Positions 10,165-19,566 of a stretch of 32,000 bases of DNA are shown here, piece after piece. The notes beneath the pieces are model-generated. The model worked only from the letters and a program-made list of their open reading frames with translations, ran no database searches and was not told the DNA's origin. Within the stretch, counting starts at the first letter, position 1. Every line of letters begins with the position of its first letter. Origin of the DNA: Candidatus Harpocratesius repetitus (GTDB taxonomy: Archaea > Asgardarchaeota > Lokiarchaeia > Sigyniarchaeales > Promethearchaeaceae); the NCBI GenBank assembly GCA_021498095.1, contig JAIZWK010000001.1, positions 690,001 through 722,000 on the forward strand. The letters run 5' to 3'. The position numbers and the translations under genes are program-made.

Positions 10165-10699
10165 GTGCGACAGAGTTAAGCTTAGTGGCAAAATTTCATA
10201 TAATTAGACCGTCTTTTCAGGGGACGCGTGGGACTCATGGCGACTTCAATTTCAATGATTGGGGCTCGAAAGCATCCATGAGAATGTACCGAAACTATCA
10301 ACTCTCGATTGGTGTAGGGCTACCCAGTAAAATTCCATGGCGAATTAGCATGAACTCGTGATTGAAGCTTCGTGAATTATACGCTGCGAAAGGAGAGTTG
10401 ATGTCTATTAGACGACGCAGCCGGACCAAACAGGCAAAAGCGTTAGGAACACATGGTGGAAAATCGTGTGTAACACCTGAACAAATAACGCTCGGAGTAA
10501 AGCGAGCGCCTACCGAATTTGTTATACGTTTACCATTAAGAACTCTGGAAACCTTCATCCCTGCTTGTGGCGAGATGAAGGGTGAGATTGGGAAAAAGCG
10601 AATGCCCCGAGTAATGTTGGGGATAGACCTATTGGTCAATCCGAAAGGATGCCCACTTCTCATGGCTCTACTTGAATTGGACGTATAGGAGACTTCTCC

Positions 10700-12229
10700 A
10701 TGACCGACATTTGCGAGACGAATCAACCCGTGCAAGGTAGTCAACACCACCAGCATGCCGATATTACATGGATTTTCATGAATCGTGAAGCTGCAAAACG
10801 TGGTGTGAAAAAGCTCCAACAACAGATATTTCAAGCAACTCGTGATAAGAACTTCTATACGGCTCGCCGACTTAAAAAGCTTTTATTTAAATCATTAAAT
10901 GCAAGATTTCTTGCCGTCCTTACAGTTACGTCCAACCAAGGTCGGTATACTCCAGATGTTGATGGAATTATTTTTAAAACACCTGAAGAAAAATGGGATC
11001 TTGTAGAAGATCTACGAAATATTAAGGAATATCAACCAAAACCCGTTCGTTTAGTGTACATTCCAAAACGTAATGGTAAGAAGCGGAAACTCGGTATTCC
11101 AACTATTAAAGATCGGGCAATGCAAATGTTGGTATATATTACAATGATTCCCGAATGGGAAGCACGTTTTGAACCTCACAGTTTTGGTTTTCGCCCAGGA
11201 CGAAGTCCTATTGATGCAGTCCATTATATCGGAGGAAATTTTGTTCCAAAGAAGGGAAAACGGCCACATCCGGGCTGGGTGCTTGATGCAGACATTTCTG
11301 CTTGTTTCGATAATATTAATCACAGTGCACTCCTCAGAAAGCTTCGTTATGAGCCCCAAATTGGTCTTATTAAAAGGTGGCTTAAAGCAGGCTCCATTTC
11401 TAAAATCGGATTTTCGTCTACCAATAAAGGTACACCACAAGGTGGTCCTATCAGCCCACTACTTGCCAACATTGCTCTTGATGGCATGGAACGAATATTT
11501 GGAATCTATAACAAATATGGAAGATATGTAAATCCTTCTCAACGACGTGGATCGAATAAACAATTGACAGTTTATCGATATGCTGACGATTTTATCGTTA
11601 CCGCACTTAGTAAAGAAATCCTAGAAGACTATGCATTACCAAAACTTAAAGAATTTCTTGAATCTCTTAGTTTATCATTAAACCACGCGAAAACCAAGAT
11701 TATTAACGTTTCAGAAGGTTTTGATTTTTTAGGTTTCCACTTTCATAGGTTTCATCGACGTGATGGCTCGGTTAAGCAGTTTATTTATGCTCCATGCCGT
11801 GACCGTTTAGATTCGTTTTTGAGGAAGTTGAAAATTTGGCTACGAAAATCTCAACACCTTGCTGTTGAAGAAATTATTACAGGATTAAATCGTAAAATTA
11901 AAGGTTTCTGTAATTAGTTTAAATGGAGTAATGCTCATAAAGCCTTTGTCTACCTTAACCATCGTATCTATAAGATGCTGTGGAATTGGGTAAGACATAG
12001 ACATCAAAGGAAACGTGGCGCAAAATGGTTAAAATATCGATACTGGCAACCAGTAGGAAAGAACAAATGGTTGTTCCACTTTAAAGGAGTAAAATTAATT
12101 GAATCTTACAAATTGACTACTCAATGGTGGAAACGACCTTCCGTTCGTCTTCAAACTTCTGTTTTCGACCCAAGTGCGGTTGACTATTGGAATAAGCGTT
12201 CTAATCAAGCAGTTTGGATTAACCCTTAA
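10700..12229 (+). pseudogene. ltrA: Group II intron RT/maturase with one in-frame TAG (11915-11917) and no HNH endonuclease domain
   Basis: RT0 (VKKLQQQIF...NQGRYTPDVDG), RKLGIPTIKDRAMQ, SFGFRPGRS, DADISACFDNI, GTPQGGPISPLLANI and catalytic YADD. Domain X reads GFCN*FKW and the frame continues (11975 is in frame with 10700) through LWNWVRHRH...VFDP...YWNKR to TAA at 12229. AGGAGA SD upstream of the start. Confidence 0.88.
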
Positions 12230-12256
12230 ATATTTAATGATTACGGGTGTGAGTCT

Positions 12257-12326
12257 GAGCCGGATGCGATGAAAGTCGCACGTCCGGTTCTGACGAACAG
12301 GGGGACTTATGTCTCCCCTGATTCAT
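12257..12326 (+). ncRNA. Group II intron catalytic domains V and VI
   Basis: DV is GAGCCGGATGCGATGAAAGTCGCACGTCCGGTTC (GAAA tetraloop, AC bulge). DVI is GAA-CAGGGGGAC-TTAT-GTCTCCCCTG-A-TTC-AT, with the branch A at 12321. Confidence 0.93.
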
Positions 12327-12636
12327 GCTTCCTGGTTTTTTATTATTAGTTTTAAGATGCAAATTTTCTTTAATTCGCTTAAATGAGCAAAACTTACATA
12401 ATTTTAATCTACAAGAAAAATAAGCGGGGTTAAAGACATACTTTTCTCGAAAGAGTGCTTTGGAATCCATTCTTAATCAATTTTATGTTACAATCACTAT
12501 AGGACATGGCTCTATTGAAAAAAAATTAAAATGCTCTCTAAAAGGGGGCATTACCCCCATTAGCTACATTTTTTTTCCTATTAAATCTAATTTCTTTTTG
12601 TACTACAATAATAGTTCATTTCATAATAAATAGAAT

Positions 12637-13020
12637 CTACGATTGGATGCTATTTTTAATTACGAAGGAACAATTCACAGACACCTTGGTTTGGACTTTT
12701 TCCCTCCATTTTTCGTTTAATTGAAATAATCGTTTAATTTCTGAATTATTCCACTCATTAAAGAGAATTTTTGGGCTAAATCGGTGCGGAACAATGGTAA
12801 TCCATAAGATTTTATGTTCATTTATGATTGTAATATATGCTTGAAGTCGCTGTTCTAAACCCTCAGGTGTTTTAAGACCAGTTTAATGCACACGAGTCTT
12901 AATCCCACTATTAATATTCTCCGCCAGATTATTTTATATAACTTTTGCCACAAATAGTCTTGTATTTCCTTTATAGCAACTGTAACTGCGGAGAGCATAT
13001 TTTTTACCAGTTTGAGAGTT
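12637..13020 (-). pseudogene. Decayed DDE transposase-like remnant (C-terminal part)
   Basis: One minus-strand frame gives about 128 codons with only two internal TAA: NSQTGKKYALRSYSCYKGNTRLFVAKVI*NNLAENINSGIKTRVH*TGLKTPEGLEQRLQAY... The NNxxExxNxxIKxR...GxK segment resembles the catalytic Glu helix of DDE transposases. The family cannot be assigned by eye. Confidence 0.35.
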
Positions 13021-13536
13021 TTATAAAAAATATCAATTTATGCATATCCCTGCTTTTCCTTGTCATAAGCTTTAAAATGGTACATACTTTGCTTAAAAAT
13101 TTCAGAATAGTTGCCAATAAGTTTTTTTTGAATTAAAATTTTGAAATAATTTAAAAAATAAGGCTTTTCTTAATTGATCCTTCCTTCTTAAAAATAGTCC
13201 GATTGGATTATAAAGTAGAAATTTTCTTAAAATCATATAATTTTTATGAGGTTATAGCAGAATTCGAAAAATTGAAGAAAATTCGGAAATCTTGCATCAT
13301 TTATCCATAAACTCCAAATCTATCCCAATTTTAAAATTGTCGAAAAATCGTTTAAGAAAAATATATATAATTGAGTCAATAATTCAAAGAAAAATGATGG
13401 AAATGTGAAATTCTTGACCGCATTTAAGGGTTTAAAAATGCCGACTCAAATAGTAATTGGATGCGCTGGAGTATTGTCGAAAATATTGGTCCAAAAGATA
13501 GAATTTGATTAAGATAAAAAAAATTGCTAGAGCCTC

Positions 13537-15045
13537 TTATAAAATATTTATAAATATTAATGATTTTGTGGAAAAAAATAATATAACAAAAAAGATAATA
13601 AAGAAAAGATCAATTTTCTGAAATTTATTTTTAGATGTCATTTTATTGAAAGAAAAGAGAATTACTATTAAAAAATAGAGTGAAATCAGAAAAATTCCCT
13701 CAATTCTTAAATTGTTAGTCGGAAATAGATTAAAATTAAGCGTATTTTGCAAATATAACTCATTTTTTGACAAAACTGATCTGAAAATGAAAATAAATAC
13801 GCTCAAGATACTCAAAATTATCGTTGAAATAAATTTAAATGTATTCGATTTTATCTTTATTTCTTTTAATATTAAATTCTTCTTCTTTTCGATTTTTATA
13901 TGTTGTTTAAAGATATGGTTAAGTATATAATAAAAATCAATACTTTTCTCACTATTTCGATTTAAAATTTGAAGAAACGTTTCTAATATAATTGAAATTT
14001 TTTGATCTTTCCCTTTTTTTTTAAGAAGATTAAAAAATTTAGATATTGGATTAAAACTTAAGTAAATTTTTATTAAATTTCTCTCTGAAATATTCTTAAA
14101 AGTCGAATTTTGAATTGATTCAAGTAATGCAAAATGAGCTGATGAGAACTGAAGATAATAACTCATCTTTTCAAGAAACTTAATTATTTCTAGTAGAGTT
14201 ATCTTATTATTCCTGCTATTATTTTCTGTTATTATTACTGGAAAAGAAATAATCCATCTTTTTTCAAGAAATACAAGTACCATAAGAAAAATTGATAAAA
14301 ACGAAAACCGATCAAGATTGGATTGAATATAGAAGAGATTTGCAAAGAAAAAGAGAATTGGGTAGAAAATTGTGATAAATGTCAAGATCTGCAGATGAGT
14401 TTCGAATTTTGATAAGAAAATCTCAAAGCGATATAAAAGTTTTTCTTCAAATTCTTCTACTAAAGAATGGTTTTTACTAAAAACTTTTGCTGAAATAAGG
14501 TGGTGATATAAATAATTAAATTCTTGAGAAAAAAATCTGATTTCCATTAGTTTTTCTTTTATACTTGCTCCAAAAAGAATTTCTTGGATTTTTTTTGAAG
14601 TATTTATTCCTAAAGTGGGAAAATATCTAAAAAAATTTATAATATAAACAAAAAAGTTTTCAGATTTATGAATAATTTGTGAATAAATTGTGAAATACAA
14701 GAGAAAAAAGCGATAAGAATCAATTTTTTTATTTTCTTGTTCTTTTGTTTCAATTAATAATATATTATTAGTATAGAAATATAAAATAAAAAAAGATGTA
14801 AGTAAAAAGGATAAAAATCCAGTACTTTTTGGTAAAAAAATAAAAATGATAAAATAAATTAATGTTAAACAAAAAAGAATTAAGAAATTCGCTTTTTTGA
14901 TCTGTTCATTTGTTATTCCATAAATGTATTCGATTCTATTTAGTTCTACTTTTTGATTTTTATTTTTAAAAAGAATTGGCTTTGATTTGAATTTTTGGCA
15001 CAAATTTATGTATAATTTTTGGAAATATTCATTAATTTCAATCAA
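13537..15045 (-). CDS. Pilus inner-membrane platform protein (TadB/TadC- or FlaJ-like, T2SS-F type)
   Basis: Three clusters of TM helices separated by two soluble domains; last gene of an operon with a pilus ATPase and prepilin peptidase. The call rests mainly on topology and context. Confidence 0.6.
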   Translation of the reverse strand: MIEINEYFQKLYINLCQKFKSKPILFKNKNQKVELNRIEYIYGITNEQIKKANFLILFCLTLIYFIIFIFLPKSTGFLSFLLTSFFILYFYTNNILLIETKEQENKKIDSYRFFLLYFTIYSQIIHKSENFFVYIINFFRYFPTLGINTSKKIQEILFGASIKEKLMEIRFFSQEFNYLYHHLISAKVFSKNHSLVEEFEEKLLYRFEIFLSKFETHLQILTFITIFYPILFFFANLFYIQSNLDRFSFLSIFLMVLVFLEKRWIISFPVIITENNSRNNKITLLEIIKFLEKMSYYLQFSSAHFALLESIQNSTFKNISERNLIKIYLSFNPISKFFNLLKKKGKDQKISIILETFLQILNRNSEKSIDFYYILNHIFKQHIKIEKKKNLILKEIKIKSNTFKFISTIILSILSVFIFIFRSVLSKNELYLQNTLNFNLFPTNNLRIEGIFLISLYFLIVILFSFNKMTSKNKFQKIDLFFIIFFVILFFSTKSLIFINIL

Positions 15046-15057
15046 AATATTCTCTTC

Positions 15058-15486
15058 CTAATAAAATTGAATGAATTTTGAATCATTAGATATTTCTACA
15101 ACATATCGAGATATTGTTTGATTTAAACCACTAACTTGAATATCTTTTGAAATCTTTAACTCAAATTGAATAAAAATACTTAAATTATTATTATAGAAAA
15201 ACAGAGTAATGTTTCTAATTTTGTTTTCAAAAAAACCTTCAATTTTTCCTTTTTGACTGTATTGAAGTTGGACTAATTCGCTGTAATTTGAGGAGAATGA
15301 TAGTTTTGATATCTTTTCATAGTTTTGCTTCAGACTTTCAATATCTGAATAAATTTTTTCAAGATCAGAGTTTGAATTCACTCTTAACCATGACAGGTTG
15401 AAAATTGGAATAAAAAATGGAAGAAAAATCAAGTTTAGAATTAACCCAATTACAATTATTAGATATTTTTCAATAATTTCACTCAT
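15058..15486 (-). CDS. Single-TM protein, possible minor pilin/TadE-like
   Basis: N-terminal SEIIE followed by about 20 hydrophobic residues; separated by 1 bp from the ATPase and 12 bp from the platform gene. Confidence 0.5.
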   Translation of the reverse strand: MSEIIEKYLIIVIGLILNLIFLPFFIPIFNLSWLRVNSNSDLEKIYSDIESLKQNYEKISKLSFSSNYSELVQLQYSQKGKIEGFFENKIRNITLFFYNNNLSIFIQFELKISKDIQVSGLNQTISRYVVEISNDSKFIQFY

Positions 15487-15487
15487 T

Positions 15488-17551
15488 TCAAAGTTCTTTT
15501 AATATATAATTATTAATATTACGATAAATTTTATTGATTTTCTTAAATATTTGAAAATTATCATATTCCTGATCTTTAATTAATGAATTGAAAAATGATG
15601 AAAATTCGGTAAAAATGTTTTCTAATTTTGTTAATTCTAATGTGAATAAGGAATTATTCGTATTTGTTAAGAAAGAACGAAATTCACTTATATTTTTTAT
15701 CCATTTTTTCAATTCAAAATTATAATTATATATTAATATAATTTTTACTTCCTTAATTTTTGAGTTATAAACGACTTGATAAATTGATTGAACAATTCTT
15801 CTTGAATCTAGCTTTTTCATAAAAACTATTATACCTAAATCATTTAAACAAGATGGATTAATTTTATAATGTATAATCCATCGATTTAATAGGCCATTAA
15901 TTGAAGAAGCATGAGTGGTTTGAAGTCCTTTTAATCCGGCACTTAGACAATGAAACATTGCATTAGTTTCTAATTTACTTAGTATCTCTCCTAAAATTAT
16001 AAAATCTCCTGATCTATGTAACAGATTATATATCTGTTTTTGCTTATTGTCCTTTCTTGAAGTCTCTGGTTCAACTTTAAATTTGAGTTGATGAGTAATC
16101 TTCTCAAAGATATCTAAAGACTCAATATTTTCTTCTAAATATATTTTTCTATAAGTAGAAGGAATGAAAAGGTCAATAGCGTTTAATAATGTGGTTTTTC
16201 CAGAATTTACTTCCCCAAAAATAGTTATATTTATCTTAAAATAAACTAAAAATATTAAAAAGCTTGCAATTTCATGGTTTATTGTATTTAATCGAATTAA
16301 ATCCATTAGCGTTAATGTTTTTTTTTTTAGATTACGAATATCTACACTAATATTTTTCCAATGTGAAGGGTAAATATCTATACTAATTCTTGCATAAAAA
16401 AATTGTGATTGAAAGACATGAGTAATACTTGGATTTTCAAAATCTAATCTTTTTTTACTTTCTAAGCAAACATATGTTTGAATTGCGTCAAGTTCTGTTT
16501 GATTTAACATAATATTGCTCTCTAATCGCCCATAAATTTGATGGTTAAAATATAGAAAATTATCCCGTTCGTCTAAAAATATTTCTTCAATATGATCATC
16601 TTGAAGAAAAATGAATATTTTTTCAATTTTTAAGAATTTTAATGTCAAAAGAAAAGCAATTTTATTTCTAGAATTGCTATTTATTGATTTATAATAACCA
16701 TCTAATAAATAATTAAATTTTGAAGAAATAACCATGATTCTTTCAGTTAAATCTTGTCTATTATCTAGAAAGTTGAATTTGCTTATTTTTGATTCTAAAA
16801 ATTGATAAAACTGATCAAATTTTGCAAGTAATGGTTTTTCGAGGTTAATTTCATAATAAATTTTCTTATTTTGATATTCAGCATCTTTTACAATTTTGAT
16901 AATAATCATGTCGCGAAAAATCAGATATTTATCGATAATATCTTGAGAATTGGGTATCATTTCTGTTTGGAATTGTAAATTATCTGTTTTTTTTAAATTT
17001 GGAATGATGTCTTTTAATGATTGGATATTCCAAGAAAACATTGCATAATTGGACCTTAAATATTCCGAAATTTTTGATTTTTCAACTAGCCTAACAATTT
17101 TTTCAATATTTTTTAGAACAAAAGAATATTTTTCTGTTTTTGATAGATTGATAAAAACTTGATTTTGGGACTGATAATTTGATTTTATATTTATTAATTC
17201 AAAAAAAAAGGTTACTGAAAATCGTTTTATAAAATGATTTAACTTAAAAATTCTGCGTTCATGTTTAAGATATGATTTCACTATATTTTCATATACTCTT
17301 TGCATCCTATTATATAATTTTTTGAGCAAAGTGAAAATTTCAATATCATCTTTTGATAATCTTAATCCAAATGGGCATTCTACTTCTTCAAATTCTTTCT
17401 GATTATATTTAATAAACTGGGTAAATATACAATTAAAACAATCTTTTTCAATACACGTTCCAGAAAATGAAGATTCTTCAGGGATTAATTTATATAAAGC
17501 ATGATTTTTCTTTGAAAAATCTGATCTTTCAATTTTAAAATAATCCATCAC
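15488..17551 (-). CDS. Type IV pilus/secretion ATPase (TadA/CpaF/VirB11/FlaI family)
   Basis: DDHIEEIF (N-domain motif), Walker A GEVNSGKTT, LEENIE (Asp box-like), FIILGEI (Walker B) and His box QTTHASS. Confidence 0.9.
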   Translation of the reverse strand: MMDYFKIERSDFSKKNHALYKLIPEESSFSGTCIEKDCFNCIFTQFIKYNQKEFEEVECPFGLRLSKDDIEIFTLLKKLYNRMQRVYENIVKSYLKHERRIFKLNHFIKRFSVTFFFELINIKSNYQSQNQVFINLSKTEKYSFVLKNIEKIVRLVEKSKISEYLRSNYAMFSWNIQSLKDIIPNLKKTDNLQFQTEMIPNSQDIIDKYLIFRDMIIIKIVKDAEYQNKKIYYEINLEKPLLAKFDQFYQFLESKISKFNFLDNRQDLTERIMVISSKFNYLLDGYYKSINSNSRNKIAFLLTLKFLKIEKIFIFLQDDHIEEIFLDERDNFLYFNHQIYGRLESNIMLNQTELDAIQTYVCLESKKRLDFENPSITHVFQSQFFYARISIDIYPSHWKNISVDIRNLKKKTLTLMDLIRLNTINHEIASFLIFLVYFKINITIFGEVNSGKTTLLNAIDLFIPSTYRKIYLEENIESLDIFEKITHQLKFKVEPETSRKDNKQKQIYNLLHRSGDFIILGEILSKLETNAMFHCLSAGLKGLQTTHASSINGLLNRWIIHYKINPSCLNDLGIIVFMKKLDSRRIVQSIYQVVYNSKIKEVKIILIYNYNFELKKWIKNISEFRSFLTNTNNSLFTLELTKLENIFTEFSSFFNSLIKDQEYDNFQIFKKINKIYRNINNYILKEL

Positions 17552-17585
17552 AGATATTTTTCATACTTATTTAAAAAATTCGAAA

Positions 17586-18083
17586 TTAAAATAAAAATGA
17601 TAAGATTAAAGAAAGCAATAAGAAAGGAATTAAGGGTATTTTTTTCATTTTCTTATTTATATGTAATATTTTGAAAAGAATAAGAATAAATATAAAAAAG
17701 AAAAAAAAAATAAAGAAATCAGGCAATGAATGAAAAAATAAAGGAAAAATCAAGAAAAAATCGTATTTTTGAGTTGGATTTATTAAATACAGAAGAACTA
17801 TTTTAACATCTGCACCCCCCAAATTACCTTTTATGTTTGAAGCAAGAAATATTAAAAAAACTAATATTTTAAATAGCAGAATATATGCATCCAGTTTATA
17901 CTCTTGAATAAAAATAAAAAAAAGGGAGAAGATAGAATTTACAATAAAGGCTTCTGATATTATGATATGATTTATTTTTTGATAAAGGAGATCTTCATAA
18001 CTAAATATAATAAAAAAAATAACTGTTGATATATTTAAAAGGAAGAATAAATCATTATTTATCATATTCATCCCAAAATTCAA
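17586..18083 (-). CDS. Prepilin peptidase (A24; PibD/FlaK/TadV-like)
   Basis: Multi-TM protein with both catalytic Asp motifs, SYEDL..QKI and LGGADVK. The true start may be one of the downstream Met codons (18071 or 18065). Confidence 0.8.
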   Translation of the reverse strand: MNFGMNMINNDLFFLLNISTVIFFIIFSYEDLLYQKINHIIISEAFIVNSIFSLFFIFIQEYKLDAYILLFKILVFLIFLASNIKGNLGGADVKIVLLYLINPTQKYDFFLIFPLFFHSLPDFFIFFFFFIFILILFKILHINKKMKKIPLIPFLLLSLILSFLF

Positions 18084-18351
18084 TTAGGTTTTTTATTGCT
18101 CTTGCTTTTATATTTTCATCGCGAAATCGATATATTTTTATTCTTCCAAAACACTTTTCTTCAATCAATTTAGCTTTTATTAGAAATTTTAAATGATTTT
18201 TGACACTATTATGATTTAAACCAGATAAATTTACTATATTTGATATATTTGTTTCATGGGTAATTACTAGAATTTTTATTATTTTCGTTCTTCCCTTGGA
18301 TGCAAATATATCTTCAATGTTAAGACCTGGTTCTTTGATTATAGTTTGCAT
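18055..18351 (-). CDS. Winged helix-turn-helix (ArsR-like) DNA-binding protein
   Basis: IFASKGRTKIIKIL...NISNIVNLSGLNHNSVKNHLKFL...LIEEKCFGRIKIYR is an HTH plus wing. Confidence 0.85.
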   Translation of the reverse strand: MQTIIKEPGLNIEDIFASKGRTKIIKILVITHETNISNIVNLSGLNHNSVKNHLKFLIKAKLIEEKCFGRIKIYRFRDENIKARAIKNLIEFWDEYDK

Positions 18352-18360
18352 GATAAATAA

Positions 18361-19566
18361 TCACATCTGGGAATTAAAACTTCGAATTTTGTTACCCAAT
18401 TTCTTATGCATTGTTTCAATGGGTAGATCATTAATTGAAATAAACGATTTTCTCCCTTTGATATTTTTTGAGATTGTATTAATTGAAATTAATCCAAAAT
18501 TTGCAAAATGCTGAAGATAAATCCATAATTGAGTATTTTTTCTCGGAGTTTTGTGTAAATTTAAACAAAGTTTTCCATAATTCTCTTTAATTTCAACAAA
18601 AGTTATTTTAGATTCACCAAAGTCAATAATTGAATCTAAAATTGAGAATAACAAAATATTTTCATGTAAATTTAACGAGTCAATAATATCAAATTGTAAA
18701 TTTGGAATAATATTATTTAAAGCGCTATCAATTTCTTTCTTAGAAACCTTATCAAGTTCTTTAGATTCAGCAATTTTTGTAGAATTTCTGATAATATTTA
18801 AGCCTTTTCTGATGTCTCCTGAACTTTCAATTTGTGATGCAATATATTCAATTAATTCTGTGGAAAATACATCTTGTTTTATAGAAATTTTAATTCTTGC
18901 TGATAGAATATCAATAATTTGATTTTTTGTATATTTTTTTAATGAAATGATATTACCTTGAAGAGTACTTTTCGTTGAATCATCTAAATTTCCTAAAAGG
19001 ATTAAATTTCGAACAATGATTATAAGTGAAATAAAATTTTTTCTATCATAATTGGTCTCATTTAAGCGAGAAAGACTATAAATTAAATTGAAATTAGAAA
19101 ATTGGAGATAATTAAGCTCATCTAGAGTCAATACTAGATAAATTTGCGATTTTTTTAAATAATCTTCTAAAAATGTAATAAGTTCTTGAACTGAATAACC
19201 TCGTGAGGAGAATTTGCAATTTAGATGAAAAAATATACGATTTAGAATATTGTAAGGCGTTTTTTCTTTTCTACAGTTTATATGGATATATTTAATATTC
19301 AAATTTCTTTTTTCTGAAGACATCAATAACATTTTTCCAAATGTTTTAGCAATAACTGTTTTTCCAATTCCGATTTCCCCTTGAATAGTAACTTTTCTTG
19401 AAATTAAGAAAGGATCTTCTAACAGTTTGACAAATATTTTGGAAAGTAAAATCAATTCTGTCTCTCGATGAATTAAAATATCTGGAATATAATTAATCTC
19501 CAAAAATTCTTCATGTAGAAATAACGTTTTCGAAAGAAATTGATCTTCTAAGTAATTTATCTCCAT
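18361..19566 (-). CDS. cdc6: Orc1/Cdc6 family AAA+ protein, probably Orc1-2/ORC2-like subfamily
   Basis: YIPDILIHRE, Walker A GEIGIGKT, YIHINC, Walker B LTLDELN, sensor-2 GDIRKG and C-terminal winged helix PRKNTQLWIYLQHFANFGLI...KGRKS. The subfamily call is from remembered similarity to crenarchaeal ORC2-type wings. Confidence 0.95.
   Translation of the reverse strand: MEINYLEDQFLSKTLFLHEEFLEINYIPDILIHRETELILLSKIFVKLLEDPFLISRKVTIQGEIGIGKTVIAKTFGKMLLMSSEKRNLNIKYIHINCRKEKTPYNILNRIFFHLNCKFSSRGYSVQELITFLEDYLKKSQIYLVLTLDELNYLQFSNFNLIYSLSRLNETNYDRKNFISLIIIVRNLILLGNLDDSTKSTLQGNIISLKKYTKNQIIDILSARIKISIKQDVFSTELIEYIASQIESSGDIRKGLNIIRNSTKIAESKELDKVSKKEIDSALNNIIPNLQFDIIDSLNLHENILLFSILDSIIDFGESKITFVEIKENYGKLCLNLHKTPRKNTQLWIYLQHFANFGLISINTISKNIKGRKSFISINDLPIETMHKKLGNKIRSFNSQM

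Larger units (their letters stand above)
10165..12326 (+). mobile_element. Group II intron, IIB / chloroplast-like class, about 2162 nt
   Basis: 5' GTGCG at 10165. DI basal stem CAGAGTT (10171-77) / AACTCTG (10541-47). DII CCTTCATC/GATGAAGG, then J2/3 ..AGA. DIII with ATCC-GAAA-GGAT. RT ORF in DIV. 34-nt DV with AGC triad at 12257-12290. DVI with bulged A and an AT terminus at 12326. Visibly higher GC than the flanks. Confidence 0.92.

Noticed and set aside
10298-10834. ORFs 10298-10834(-), 10362-10688(+) and 12234-12470(-)
   Set aside because: They overlap structured intron RNA domains whose higher GC creates spurious open frames.
10165-12326. Group IIC intron, DGR or retron assignment for the RT
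   Set aside because: DV is 34 nt with an AGC triad (IIC has a shorter DV with CGC), and the RT0 and X motifs are CL-type. There is no TR/VR pair or msr-msd.
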